Below are positions 1-9,237 of a stretch of DNA of 32,000 nucleotides, piece by piece. Numbering within the stretch: position 1 is the first letter of the stretch; each line of letters opens with the position of its first letter. Under the pieces are notes generated by a model. It searched no databases and was not told the origin of the DNA. It saw only the letters and a list, made by a program, of their open reading frames with translations. Source of the stretch: Candidatus Njordarchaeota archaeon (lineage in GTDB: Archaea > Asgardarchaeota > Njordarchaeia > Njordarchaeales > Njordarchaeaceae); NCBI GenBank assembly GCA_029856625.1, contig JAHKLG010000001.1, positions 20,361-52,360 of the forward strand. Reading direction: 5' to 3'. Made by a program: the position numbers and the translations under genes.

Positions 1-1
1 C

Positions 2-40
2 GTTAAGGAGGAGAGAGCCCTCATTAAAGCTACGGCTTGA
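2..40 (+). CDS. C-terminal tail of an upstream gene (partial, unidentified)
   Basis: Open frame VKEERALIKATA ending in tga at 38-40, just before the rpl23 leader; too short to identify. Confidence 0.25.
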   Translation, partial: VKEERALIKATA

Positions 41-77
41 TTAGGATAATACGTATTTAACTTGTTGGTGAGGAGAT

Positions 78-401
78 ATGGCTAAAAAACGTGGAATTAA
101 GATAAAAACCAGAGCAGTGATTAGAAGAGCATTAACAATTGAAGATCCTTACAAAATAATAAAAAGAGTCTTAGTTACAGAGAAGGCAATTGAATTAATT
201 CAGAGGGAGAATAAATTAACATTTATCGTAGATCGAAGAGCTAACAAACCCATGATAAAAAGGGCTATTGAAGAGCTCTTTGATGTGGAGGTAGAGAAAG
301 TTAATACGATGATAACCCCTAGAGGAGAGAAGAAGGCAATCGTGAGACTATCTAAAGATTATTCAGCAATAGAAATAGCATCGAATCTAGGAATTCTATA
401 G
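78..401 (+). CDS. rpl23: Large ribosomal subunit protein uL23
   Basis: Typical archaeal L23 pattern: [62 protein letters not shown]. 'gaggag' just upstream of the ATG. N-terminal extension rich in K/R. Confidence 0.93.
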   Translation: MAKKRGIKIKTRAVIRRALTIEDPYKIIKRVLVTEKAIELIQRENKLTFIVDRRANKPMIKRAIEELFDVEVEKVNTMITPRGEKKAIVRLSKDYSAIEIASNLGIL

Positions 402-526
402 CTTTTTCCTAAGTAACACTTATTATGATTGGCTGATCGGTAATTTCTCTCTCTATGGATTAGTATTCATCACCTAACAAGGGAGGTTTTCTGTTCCTAA
501 CAAAACTATTTTTAGGGGGATACTGC

Positions 527-1585
527 GTGAAATTACTGATCGAAACGGAGAGCTCTCTTAGAGATTACGCTTTGAAAGAACTAGAGATGATATTAAATAA
601 GAAAGGAGAGAAAGATCGGTTCAATGAGAGTCTCATAGTGTATGATACAAAGTCAATCACAGATGATCTGATGATGATCACGCTATTCAGTGAGACAGTT
701 TATAGCTTTTATTTAGAGGTAGGAAGATTTGAGGTAAATGTTCCTGATGATATGTATAGGAAAGCGCTGGAAGTTAATTGGCATGAATTTTGGGATCCCG
801 AACTGACCTTTGCTGTGAGACCAGTCATAAGAGATCAGAGAATTAGTCGAGAGATCGGAGTAAAAGTTGGACAAGCTATAGTTGACAAATTTCTTACCGA
901 GTTAGGTAAAAGACCAAGAGTGAACCTCTCTAATCCTGATATTGAAATTATGGCATGGTTAAAAGAGAACCGATTATTGCTAGCGATTAATCTATGTGGA
1001 GAAAACTTGAATAATCCTGAAGCCGTTTTTGCACGAAGCTTACTCATTATTAGCGAGTGGAACTATAGTAAGAGTATGGCTGAGATTTTCTGTGATCATG
1101 TAGCAATATCTGCTAGAAGGCTTGCTATCCGAGACCCTTATCGAGAAAAAGTAGCTAGAAGAATTTTCATTAAGACGAAGTTTATTGATAAAGAAAGGGT
1201 TCTATATTTGATGAGAAAGAATTGGAGAAAATATGTAGAGAATTTACGAATAAGTTGTTATGAGAGAATTAATAGAATAGATATCGTAAAGCAGGAAAAG
1301 CCAGAAATAAGGAATGTTGCTCTGAAAAATATAGAGCAATTGAATGTTGGAAGCGAAGAGTATATCTTATCGAATATGCTATTTGTAATAGAGAAGAAGA
1401 TAGAAGAGAGGAAATGGTTAGAGAAAATATTTAAAATACTGGAGCAGAACAGAAGCTGGGAAAAGATCTGTCTCTTCATGATGTCGGATGCTTATCCAGG
1501 AAAATTAATAGGTGAAAAAGTCTTTGAAAAGAACATTAAATTTAAAGGAATGAGTTGCAAGATAGTCTGTCTTTATAATAAATAG
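527..1585 (+). CDS. THUMP-domain protein resembling Trm14/RlmL-type RNA methyltransferases, with eroded MTase motifs
   Basis: THUMP-like block FAVRPVIRDQRISREIGVKVGQAIVDKFLTELGKRPRVNLSNPDIEIMAWLKENRLLLAINLCGENL. The C-terminal part keeps the family layout but lacks DPxCGSGT and NPPY/F. GTG start with an 'aggggga' RBS. Confidence 0.7.
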   Translation: MKLLIETESSLRDYALKELEMILNKKGEKDRFNESLIVYDTKSITDDLMMITLFSETVYSFYLEVGRFEVNVPDDMYRKALEVNWHEFWDPELTFAVRPVIRDQRISREIGVKVGQAIVDKFLTELGKRPRVNLSNPDIEIMAWLKENRLLLAINLCGENLNNPEAVFARSLLIISEWNYSKSMAEIFCDHVAISARRLAIRDPYREKVARRIFIKTKFIDKERVLYLMRKNWRKYVENLRISCYERINRIDIVKQEKPEIRNVALKNIEQLNVGSEEYILSNMLFVIEKKIEERKWLEKIFKILEQNRSWEKICLFMMSDAYPGKLIGEKVFEKNIKFKGMSCKIVCLYNK

Positions 1586-1596
1586 GAGGTATAGAG

Positions 1597-2076
1597 GTGA
1601 TATTAAGTATGAGTTCCCAAACAGAGGGCATAGAGAACATTGAGCAAAGAGCTCAAGAACCTGAAAGTATAGGTCGTAAAAGAGTAGTATTAGCCTCTGG
1701 TAAGCGTAAAACGGCGATAGCTAGAGCCGTCATAACTACTGGGACTGGAATTGTTAGGATAAATGGAAGAAGACTGGAGGCTATTGAGAATCCTTGGGTA
1801 AGAGCGATTATAGAAGAGCCGCTATTATTAATCGGCCCACTAAGGAGCAAAATTAACATTCGAGTTAGAGTGAGAGGAGGCGGTGTTTCTGGACAAGCTC
1901 AAGCCGCCAGAATAGCTATTGCAAGAGCTATTGTTAAATATTTCAATGACCCAAGAATTGAAGCATTGTTCAAGGAGTACGATAGATACATGCTCGTCGG
2001 TGATCCGCGGCGTAAAGAGATGAAGAAGTTCGGTGGACCAGGGGCGCGTGCTAGATTCCAGACTAGCTATAGATAA
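1597..2076 (+). CDS. rps9: Small ribosomal subunit protein uS9 (start may be internal, e.g. MSSQTEG)
   Basis: ASGKRKTAIARAVITTGTGIVRINGRRLE and C-terminal GGPGARARFQTSYR, typical of archaeal/eukaryotic uS9. Confidence 0.95.
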   Translation: MILSMSSQTEGIENIEQRAQEPESIGRKRVVLASGKRKTAIARAVITTGTGIVRINGRRLEAIENPWVRAIIEEPLLLIGPLRSKINIRVRVRGGGVSGQAQAARIAIARAIVKYFNDPRIEALFKEYDRYMLVGDPRRKEMKKFGGPGARARFQTSYR

Positions 2077-2302
2077 ACAATTAGAATGCTGGCTAGTGCT
2101 GATGTTAAGGAATAATTGTTGTCATGGATAGGCTAATCAAATATAATAACAATCTCAAGCTTTCCAGATGCGGTAGACCATAATTTACATAAATAGCGCT
2201 TTTAGGCAAATTTTTTCCAGTAACCAAAATTTCTACTTTTTGCTTGTATAGATTAATATTATCATCAAATAGTTTTGGATTAAGGAGTTAGGAGGTAATT
2301 TT

Positions 2303-2578
2303 ATGACGGAGCGAAGAGGAATAGCTATTTGGTTTGCTAAACCATTAAGAATAGCTATTCTTGAAATTCTTGAGAAACACTATGGAAGGGTTTCAGAGAG
2401 CGTGTTGAAAGAAGAGTTAAAAAAAATATACGGAGAGGTTTCTTCAATAGCGCTCAATAGAGCTCTAATGCAGTTAGAAATTAATGGTCTTATACACGTA
2501 GAAGTTGGTATGCCCAAAGAGCGCATTATTGAACGAATAACGAAGGAGAGAAGGTATTTCAGTGTTGGGGAAGATTAG
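2303..2578 (+). CDS. Small winged-helix-like DNA-binding protein, uncharacterised
   Basis: 91 aa, helical; LRIAILEILEKHYGRVSESVLKEELKKIYGEVSSIALNRALMQLEINGLIHVE resembles a wHTH fold. 'aggaggt' RBS before the ATG. Confidence 0.6.
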   Translation: MTERRGIAIWFAKPLRIAILEILEKHYGRVSESVLKEELKKIYGEVSSIALNRALMQLEINGLIHVEVGMPKERIIERITKERRYFSVGED

Positions 2579-2594
2579 ATTAGAGGTGCATTAA

Positions 2595-3899
2595 TTGGAA
2601 AAGAAAGCAAAAGCACTTCTAATTCCTCTAGCTTCTGAAGTAGTCCCTGAGGAATTAACGCTTGAGTTACTCAAGGAAATTGCCAGAAAAAGTAAAACAG
2701 CGAATGCTGTGGCTTTCGAGATAATTCCTGAGATAATTAATGAAAGAAATCTTGAGAGGGAGATATCCCTAATAAATTCACTAGTAAAGGATTTTAATTG
2801 CATTATTCTCATGCATTTGACTGGGGGAACAAGTAAGCTCGCACTAGAGATCTTAGTCAATCTAACACAAACAAAACCCTTCGCAATATGGGCTCACGGA
2901 AGTTTTAACTCTCTTGCAAGCGCTTTTAATACTAAACTAAAGGTTCAATCTCTCTTAAATGTCTCCATTCCCTTACCCATCATTTATGAAGATATAAAGG
3001 CATTGGAAGAATTTGCTTTACTAGCAGAAGCTGTCGATTATGTTTATCAATCTCACAAAATATTGTTAATAGGTCCTACCACTGGTATTCGAGTTCCCAA
3101 AGGTTATCATGTAACACAAAGTCTTAGATTAAGAAATTTGCTTAAACCCGCAAAGGAAGAAGAAGTTATGGAAGTATTTGAAAGAATAAAGAAGTGGCTA
3201 CCTAGTGAGGAAATTTCTAATAACGAGGAAATTATTAAGGCACTGACTATTTATATTAACATAAAGAAAATTTTAGCCTCGCTTAGTGAAAAGAAAAAAG
3301 GAACAAAGCTTGCTACTATAGAATGTTATAATCTCATGAAATACTTTAATGTGGCACCATGCTTAGCAGTATCTTTATTACTGGATGATGGGTATATAAT
3401 AACATGCCAGAGAGATATTCCTTCTCTTTTTGGATTCTTACTTTTAAAGAAAATTACGGGTCAAAGTATCTGGTTAGCGGATATAAGTAAAATATTATGG
3501 GAGGATAGAGTTGTTGTTTTTTCTCATTCATGCGCAGATCCAAAACTAGCCGTTTCTGATGATAAGATAGTGATAAAGAAACATCCGCTAAAAGGAGTTT
3601 ATGCCACGTTATATGTTCCGTTAAAGGTTGGAATAGATGTCACTATTGTGCAAGTAGATATACTAAAAAATGAGTTAATCTGGTTTGAGGGAAAGATTGT
3701 AGGGCCAGATAAACCATATGAGAATATAGAAACCACACAAGCGAGTGTGAAATTATCGGAAAGAGATTTTATTAATCTTATGAATAAGAATGTGGGCTCA
3801 CATTTTCTCTTGGTTTATGGACGTTGGGGTAAGACGATAGACAAGGTTAATGAACTATTAAAGCAAGTGAACATCTTGAGGGAGTTAAAGGGACGGTAA
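2595..3899 (+). CDS. L-fucose isomerase-like protein (divergent), TTG start
   Basis: 434 aa; central MHLTGGTSKLALEIL and C-terminal APCLAVSLLLDDGYIITCQRDIPSLFGFLLLKKITG ... CADPKLAV resemble the organisation of fucose/arabinose isomerase-like proteins. Call is by eye. Confidence 0.45.
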   Translation: MEKKAKALLIPLASEVVPEELTLELLKEIARKSKTANAVAFEIIPEIINERNLEREISLINSLVKDFNCIILMHLTGGTSKLALEILVNLTQTKPFAIWAHGSFNSLASAFNTKLKVQSLLNVSIPLPIIYEDIKALEEFALLAEAVDYVYQSHKILLIGPTTGIRVPKGYHVTQSLRLRNLLKPAKEEEVMEVFERIKKWLPSEEISNNEEIIKALTIYINIKKILASLSEKKKGTKLATIECYNLMKYFNVAPCLAVSLLLDDGYIITCQRDIPSLFGFLLLKKITGQSIWLADISKILWEDRVVVFSHSCADPKLAVSDDKIVIKKHPLKGVYATLYVPLKVGIDVTIVQVDILKNELIWFEGKIVGPDKPYENIETTQASVKLSERDFINLMNKNVGSHFLLVYGRWGKTIDKVNELLKQVNILRELKGR

Positions 3900-3909
3900 A
3901 TCATAGTGC

Positions 3910-4365
3910 CTATGATTCCGTATAGCTATTTATTATTAAAGATAGGGAGTTTAAGAAAACGGCGAGTGCGGTGAAATATATTCCACTATCAAGTATAATA
4001 GCAGCTCTAGGTTTTCCATTTTCTAAGGCAATTCTATTTATCTCTTGTATGACATACTTTGCGAAGCCATCAAACAAGATAATCACGAATAATATAATTG
4101 TTGCGAAGCCCAGAAATACGCTTAGGATCCGATACTCATCATTATTCTTGAGATAAGCTACAGTTGTCATTACAATAGTGACTAAAAGAAGCAGGAATAC
4201 TAAGTTTAGTGTTGGTACTCTGGTGGTAATAATATGTACAGCCTCTATAGATATCACGGAATTATTTCTAAGATAAATCAATTTTAGCCAAGGTGTTACT
4301 AAACCTAAACCATAAAGCAATAATGTGAAAAGAAAAAGCAATAACCCAGCAGTTCTTCGAGCCAT
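3910..4365 (-). CDS. Small integral membrane protein, about four TM helices
   Basis: Hydrophobic segments TAGLLLFLFTLLLYGLGLV, LVFLLLLVTIVMTTVAYL, ILSVFLGFATIILFVIILF, AIILDSGIYFTALAVFLNSLSLI. Confidence 0.65.
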   Translation of the reverse strand: MARRTAGLLLFLFTLLLYGLGLVTPWLKLIYLRNNSVISIEAVHIITTRVPTLNLVFLLLLVTIVMTTVAYLKNNDEYRILSVFLGFATIILFVIILFDGFAKYVIQEINRIALENGKPRAAIILDSGIYFTALAVFLNSLSLIINSYTES

Positions 4366-4385
4366 CTAATGCGCCTTTAGTACAA

Positions 4386-4700
4386 TCATTGATTCATGTT
4401 CGAATTTTTGGGAAATAAAAGGTTTTTTCTAAACTCCTCTATTTCTTTCCTCCTTTTTTCTTCACGTAAGAGAAGTTTTAGCTTTGCGGGAAGTACTTTT
4501 AATATGTAATACTCATCATTCATTCTTTTGACTTTGCGAAGGTTAATCACTAATACTCTTAGCTCTTTAAGCTCCTTAAACCTGGTTTCAATAATAGCGA
4601 TATCATATCCTAGTTCGTCTCTCCTAACATCTGTAATTGTCCCAATCTCAATACCATCATGAGTACGTACTTTTTTGCCTATAAGCTTCCTGCTAAACAT
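4386..4700 (-). CDS. PRC-barrel domain protein
   Basis: LIGKKVRTHDGIEIGTITDVRRDELGYDIAIIETRFKELKELRVLVINLRKVKRMNDEYYIL: PRC-barrel-like start ('GKKV...G..IG.I.D'). Confidence 0.75.
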   Translation of the reverse strand: MFSRKLIGKKVRTHDGIEIGTITDVRRDELGYDIAIIETRFKELKELRVLVINLRKVKRMNDEYYILKVLPAKLKLLLREEKRRKEIEEFRKNLLFPKNSNMNQ

Positions 4701-4783
4701 TTTACCAGTCCTTACATATTAATCTAATATAGGCTCTCTTTTCTCGCTATTGAATTATAGAACAGAAGTTAAGAAATAAATTA

Positions 4784-5713
4784 TTAAGAAAGCAAAGCGG
4801 CGATTACTGCCTTAGCCGTATGAAGCCTATTTTCCGCCTGATCCCATACTACACTATGATCAGATTCGAATACTTCCTCAGTAACTTCTTCGTGCCTTGG
4901 AAGACAATGCATGAATATAAAGTCGTCAGCTGCGTGTTTTACTAGATCCCAAGTCACTCTGAAAGGTTCAAAGACCTTTATTCTTTCCTTAGCCTCAGCC
5001 TCCTGTCCCATACTAACCCAAACATCTGTATATATGACATCAGCATCTTTTACAGCCTCAATAGGATCATTTGTAACTATTATTTGAGCACCACTACTAT
5101 TCTTCTTCACTAACTTATTAGCTAGCTCTAAAACTTCTTTACTAGGTGTATAACCTTCAGGAGATCCGATACGGATTTCTAAGCCGAGGATTGCGGCACC
5201 AAACAATAGTGAGTGAGCCACATTATTATCTCCGTCACCTACGAACGCAACTTTAGTGTCTTCAAAACCTTTTTTCTCAAGAATAGTTAGATAGTCTGCT
5301 AGAGCTTGGAGAGGATGGGAATAATCGCTGAGAGCGTTTACGACAGGAATTCTAGCATATTTAGCCATTTCTTCAAGAGTAGAGTGCTTATATACTCTGG
5401 CAATAATAATGTCCACATAACGATCCAATACCCTACTAAAATCCTTTACTGGCTCGCCTCGAGCTAACTGAGTCTCACTTCTCGGCATGTATATGGGATG
5501 AATACCGAGATGAGCACATGCTACTTCCAGGGAAGTTCTTGTTCTAGTGCTAGGTTTTTCAAAGATCAATGCTGCGGTTTTCCCAACAAAGTAAGCATGA
5601 GGTTCGTTTCTCATCTTCTTTTTCTTAAAATCCTTTGATAACTCAAGTAAATACATTATCTCTTCGCGGCTGAAATCCGCTAATGTTAAGAAGTCCCGGC
5701 CAGTCAGTTTCAT
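4784..5713 (-). CDS. argF: Ornithine carbamoyltransferase
   Basis: FEKPSTRTRTSLEVA (carbamoyl-phosphate-binding STRT), DVWVSMGQ, FMHCLPRHEEVTEEVFES, QAENRLHTAKAVI. Confidence 0.95.
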   Translation of the reverse strand: MKLTGRDFLTLADFSREEIMYLLELSKDFKKKKMRNEPHAYFVGKTAALIFEKPSTRTRTSLEVACAHLGIHPIYMPRSETQLARGEPVKDFSRVLDRYVDIIIARVYKHSTLEEMAKYARIPVVNALSDYSHPLQALADYLTILEKKGFEDTKVAFVGDGDNNVAHSLLFGAAILGLEIRIGSPEGYTPSKEVLELANKLVKKNSSGAQIIVTNDPIEAVKDADVIYTDVWVSMGQEAEAKERIKVFEPFRVTWDLVKHAADDFIFMHCLPRHEEVTEEVFESDHSVVWDQAENRLHTAKAVIAALLS

Positions 5714-5804
5714 AGTTAATCACCTGCTTATCAAAATTTAAAAGATACGAGAATAGCTGCTACTTCCTTAAAATGGTAGAATGTTATTTATATAGCTTAG
5801 TCCA

Positions 5805-6449
5805 TTATATCGACTTGAGTATTTCTTCTCTAGTGCGCTTTAAGATTTTATACGGGCCTAAGCCTCTTTCTCGAGCTATGAGAGTTATTCTGATTTCAGA
5901 TTTCTGACGAACTTGGATGGGTGGCACAATTGTAAGTCCTCTTCGTAGGGGAGGAATTAATTGAGGAATTCGGAATTCAAATCTCCTAACTTTAGCCCTA
6001 ATTTTATCACCCACGCGAATTACTAATTTGCTATTCCGTCCTCTAAGAATCCTATTTTTGACATCATAATGAAACTTGTCATTATATAGTTGGGGAACGG
6101 GGCACCGGGCATCTATACTTCCTATTGTGACATAAACGTCAGATTGTGTGACCTCTGCAATAGTGCCTTCTACAACTTCGTCCTCGATAGGCCGAAAAAC
6201 CAATAACGAGGCTTCTGTATCAAAGTAGACTTCAGGGGTCTTATAGAATATTTTCCCCACTTCGCTTGTCTTAGCATCAATTACCGCTATCACTAATCCT
6301 ATGTTCTCTATAACTGTTCCTTCTAGACGTTTCCGAAGGGTATCCAGAATAACGTCGTCCAAGTTCTTTGAGGGATCAAGTTTATCGGGGCTTATTGGCA
6401 CTGTAATTGCCGCCTTTATAAGAAAAAACATTTTGTCTCTCCTCAGCAT
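5805..6449 (-). CDS. rpo7: DNA-directed RNA polymerase subunit Rpo7 (RpoE')
   Basis: RNP-like N-terminus plus S1 domain: YFDTEASLLVFRPIEDEVVEGTIAEVTQSDVYVTIGSIDARCPVPQL ... IRVGDKIRAKVRRFEF ... LIARERGLG. Confidence 0.9.
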   Translation of the reverse strand: MLRRDKMFFLIKAAITVPISPDKLDPSKNLDDVILDTLRKRLEGTVIENIGLVIAVIDAKTSEVGKIFYKTPEVYFDTEASLLVFRPIEDEVVEGTIAEVTQSDVYVTIGSIDARCPVPQLYNDKFHYDVKNRILRGRNSKLVIRVGDKIRAKVRRFEFRIPQLIPPLRRGLTIVPPIQVRQKSEIRITLIARERGLGPYKILKRTREEILKSI

Positions 6450-6544
6450 GCCATTCGCTTAGTGGAATGATTAAATTGTAAGGATATACATTCAATGCTT
6501 AACACAGAGCATTAAAAAATAATGCTGGAATTATAAAAGTTAGT

Positions 6545-7870
6545 TTATGGTTCAAGAGTTTCTGGATCCCGGGGGAATAATACAGCTTCCCTAACATTCT
6601 TAAGATCCAGGATAAGCATCGTTAGTCGGTCTAAACCGATTGCGAAGCCTCCATGTGGAGGCATACCATATTTAAATGCTTTAAGATAGTAACCGAATCT
6701 TTCTGGATCCAGTCCTTTTTCTCTCATTTGTTTAACTAAGATTTCGTATCTATGCTCCCTCTGACTTCCAGTGGCGATTTCCATTCCTTTGTAGATTAAG
6801 TCTATACTCTTAGTGACAATTTCGTCTCCGGTGTTAATCTCATATTTCATGGTATAGAATGGTCTAATTTCCCATGGAAAATCTGTGATGAAAAAGAAAT
6901 CAGATCCTGTTCTTTTCTTTATTATCTCTCCTAAGTATTTTTCTCCAGTATGCGGAATTTCCTTTCCTTCTAGCGGAATTTGTGCTTGTTTTAAGAGCAT
7001 AACTGCTTCTCGATAGCTCATTACTGGAAATGGTTTTTCGGGGATCTCTGGTGGATCTTTACCTAGTAGTTCAAAGATTTTTTCTCCCTCGATCCGGACT
7101 TTTCTAATAATATATATAACGATGTCTTCTAGAAGATCCATTAGATCTTCGACATCATTAATCCATGCCATTTCAACATCTAATGAGGTAAATTCGGTTA
7201 AGTGACGTATGGTATATGAGGGTTCAGCTCTAAATGCTGGGCCTATTTCGAAAACGCGCTCTAAAGCCCCAGCCATAAGCTGCTTGTAGAGCTGGGGACT
7301 TTGTCTCAAATAAGCTTTTCTCTTAAAATAATCAACTTGAAAAACATTAGCTCCTCCTTCAGCGACATACAAAGCTATAACTGGAGTATGTATTTCTACG
7401 AAATTATTGCTTAAGAGAAACTCTCTAAACGAATTAACTATTAATGATCGTATCTTAAATATCGCAGCATTTCTCAATATTCTAAGATCAAGTGTACGAT
7501 ACCTAATACGCTTATCTAACTCTGTTGTCTCCTTAAAGAGATCGATAGGTAAAGGTGCCTCAGCTGGAACAACATACACTGACTGAGGAACAATCTCGAA
7601 GCCCTCAGCGGTATTTGCTTCTCTGATTATGCCATCAACGATAATAGCTGATGCTGGGTTTAATTCCTTAGCCAATCTGATTAGATCATCGCTCACTTCG
7701 CCTTTTTTAAATATGACCTGCAATTCTCCTTCTCTATCTCTTAATCTAACGAAAACAATCTTTCCAAGATCTCTTATCCTAATAACCCAACCAGCAACTC
7801 TGACTCTCTTTCCTCTCATATCTGGGGAGATCTCATTAGAAAAATACTTTAATTTTCTCAAAAAGAACAC
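6545..7870 (-). CDS. aspS: Aspartate--tRNA(Asp/Asn) ligase, archaeal type
   Basis: OB-fold RVAGWVIRIRDLGKIVFVRLRDREGELQV; class II motifs FVEIHTPVI, RVFEIGPAFRAEPSYTIRHLTEFTSLDVEMAW, HGGFAIGLDRLTMLILDLKNVREAVLFPRD. Confidence 0.96.
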   Translation of the reverse strand: MFFLRKLKYFSNEISPDMRGKRVRVAGWVIRIRDLGKIVFVRLRDREGELQVIFKKGEVSDDLIRLAKELNPASAIIVDGIIREANTAEGFEIVPQSVYVVPAEAPLPIDLFKETTELDKRIRYRTLDLRILRNAAIFKIRSLIVNSFREFLLSNNFVEIHTPVIALYVAEGGANVFQVDYFKRKAYLRQSPQLYKQLMAGALERVFEIGPAFRAEPSYTIRHLTEFTSLDVEMAWINDVEDLMDLLEDIVIYIIRKVRIEGEKIFELLGKDPPEIPEKPFPVMSYREAVMLLKQAQIPLEGKEIPHTGEKYLGEIIKKRTGSDFFFITDFPWEIRPFYTMKYEINTGDEIVTKSIDLIYKGMEIATGSQREHRYEILVKQMREKGLDPERFGYYLKAFKYGMPPHGGFAIGLDRLTMLILDLKNVREAVLFPRDPETLEP

Positions 7871-7924
7871 CTGCTTATTCTTGACAGTGAATTACTCATG
7901 AGAACAAAAATTAATTAATGTTTA

Positions 7925-7986
7925 TCCTCAGGAATAATCATGAATCAAGTACGTGATTGAAATAATCGTTTACTCATCAAGATAGG
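7925..7986 (-). ncRNA. Candidate C/D-box guide sRNA (weak)
   Basis: Minus-strand: tatct-TGATGA-gtaaacgattatttcaatcacgtacttgattcatgattattc-CTGA-ggata. C and D boxes bracketed by a ~5-bp terminal stem (UAUCU/GGAUA, one G.U). Internal D'/C' boxes are poor. Confidence 0.28.
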
Positions 7987-8073
7987 CTAGTATAGCAGCG
8001 AAATAGAGAGTTTCAATGAAAATTATGCGAATTAAGGTATTTTCTAAGCCACCAGTGATAAGGAGGGTCAAAA

Positions 8074-9237
8074 ATGAAAAATACAAAGAAGCTTCTAGTA
8101 GAGGGGTATTTAGCGCTTTTGGATGGGGATTATGATAATGCAGAAAACCTTTATCGGAAGCTATATGAAATGAATCCTCAGAATGCTTGTATAATAAGTA
8201 ATCTCGTTCTGGTTCTGATAAGGAGAGGGAAATATTTTGAAGCTAGGGAAATACTTAAGAAATTTTTAGAAAATGAGAGAGTTAGAAAGAAGTGGAGGGA
8301 GTTAGACGAACTGAAAAACATGTTCCTTATGTATTTGCTTATAGAGTTCTTGCTTGGGGACTTCCCTTCAGCTGTTGAATTATTTGAGGAGACCTATTTT
8401 TATGACCTCTTTTCTTGTCCTATCGAATGGGAGCTTATCCCAAATATGGAGATTTCACTAGAAGATTTACTCGAAAGATACGATGATGAGGAACTTAGCA
8501 AACTTCAGAGACTACTAGCTACAGAAAAGGATGGCTTTGTTGTCTTTCCATTTCCGAGAGATGCTAGAAAATTTCTCTATCTAATCCTGAATAAAGCAAT
8601 GGAAAAAGGAAATTTCCCAGACGCCACCAAAGCAATGATCTACAGGATCTTCACAGTGATTTGTCTATCATTAGGGAAAATCAACGAAGCATCTAATGCA
8701 ATAAAAAAATTGCCAAGGGATGATACATTTTCGCTTCTTACTACTGGTAAATTTGAGTATTGTCGAGGCGATTTAGAGAAAGCTTACAATATTTTCAAAA
8801 ATGTAATAAAACGAGAAGATTTCAAGCAAGATTGTAACAAAAATAAGAGGGTTTCAGCTATAGCTTATCATAATCTAGGGGTTATTCATATTAGGCATGG
8901 GGATATTGAGAAGGGATTAAGAATCGTAAATAAGGCATTAAAAAAGGATGCTAGCTGTATCCCGTGCTGGTATACACGAGCATGGGCTTTATACCTAAGC
9001 GAGAGATGGAGCGAAGCAGAGCAGGCATTTAAAGCATTATTACAGCTCAATAAGACGAATCCCCGTATATGGTATGGATTAGGACTTTCATTACTCATGA
9101 GAGGTAAAAGGCTAAAGGGTCTTGAAGCATTACTAAAAGCCATTAAGCTTAGTCCGCAGAGTGAAACGTTTAGTTTCGCTATTGAACTTGCTAGAGCAGT
9201 ATTGGAAAGCTTTGGTGTGAAACATGAGCATCACTAG
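8074..9237 (+). CDS. TPR-repeat protein
   Basis: C-terminal tandem TPRs: AYHNLGVIHIRHGDIEKGLRIVNKALKKDASCIPCWYTRAWALYLSERWSEAEQAFKALLQLNKTNPRIWYGLGLSLLMRGKRLKGLEALLKAIKLSP. 'aaggaggg' RBS. Confidence 0.85.
   Translation: MKNTKKLLVEGYLALLDGDYDNAENLYRKLYEMNPQNACIISNLVLVLIRRGKYFEAREILKKFLENERVRKKWRELDELKNMFLMYLLIEFLLGDFPSAVELFEETYFYDLFSCPIEWELIPNMEISLEDLLERYDDEELSKLQRLLATEKDGFVVFPFPRDARKFLYLILNKAMEKGNFPDATKAMIYRIFTVICLSLGKINEASNAIKKLPRDDTFSLLTTGKFEYCRGDLEKAYNIFKNVIKREDFKQDCNKNKRVSAIAYHNLGVIHIRHGDIEKGLRIVNKALKKDASCIPCWYTRAWALYLSERWSEAEQAFKALLQLNKTNPRIWYGLGLSLLMRGKRLKGLEALLKAIKLSPQSETFSFAIELARAVLESFGVKHEHH

Noticed and set aside
835-1859. Antisense ORFs 835..1047, 1258..1479 and 1653..1859
   Set aside because: They lie opposite well-supported coding sequence with no RBS or recognisable domain.
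7629-7901. 90-aa plus-strand ORF opposite aspS
   Set aside because: Antisense to a conserved synthetase; shadow ORF.
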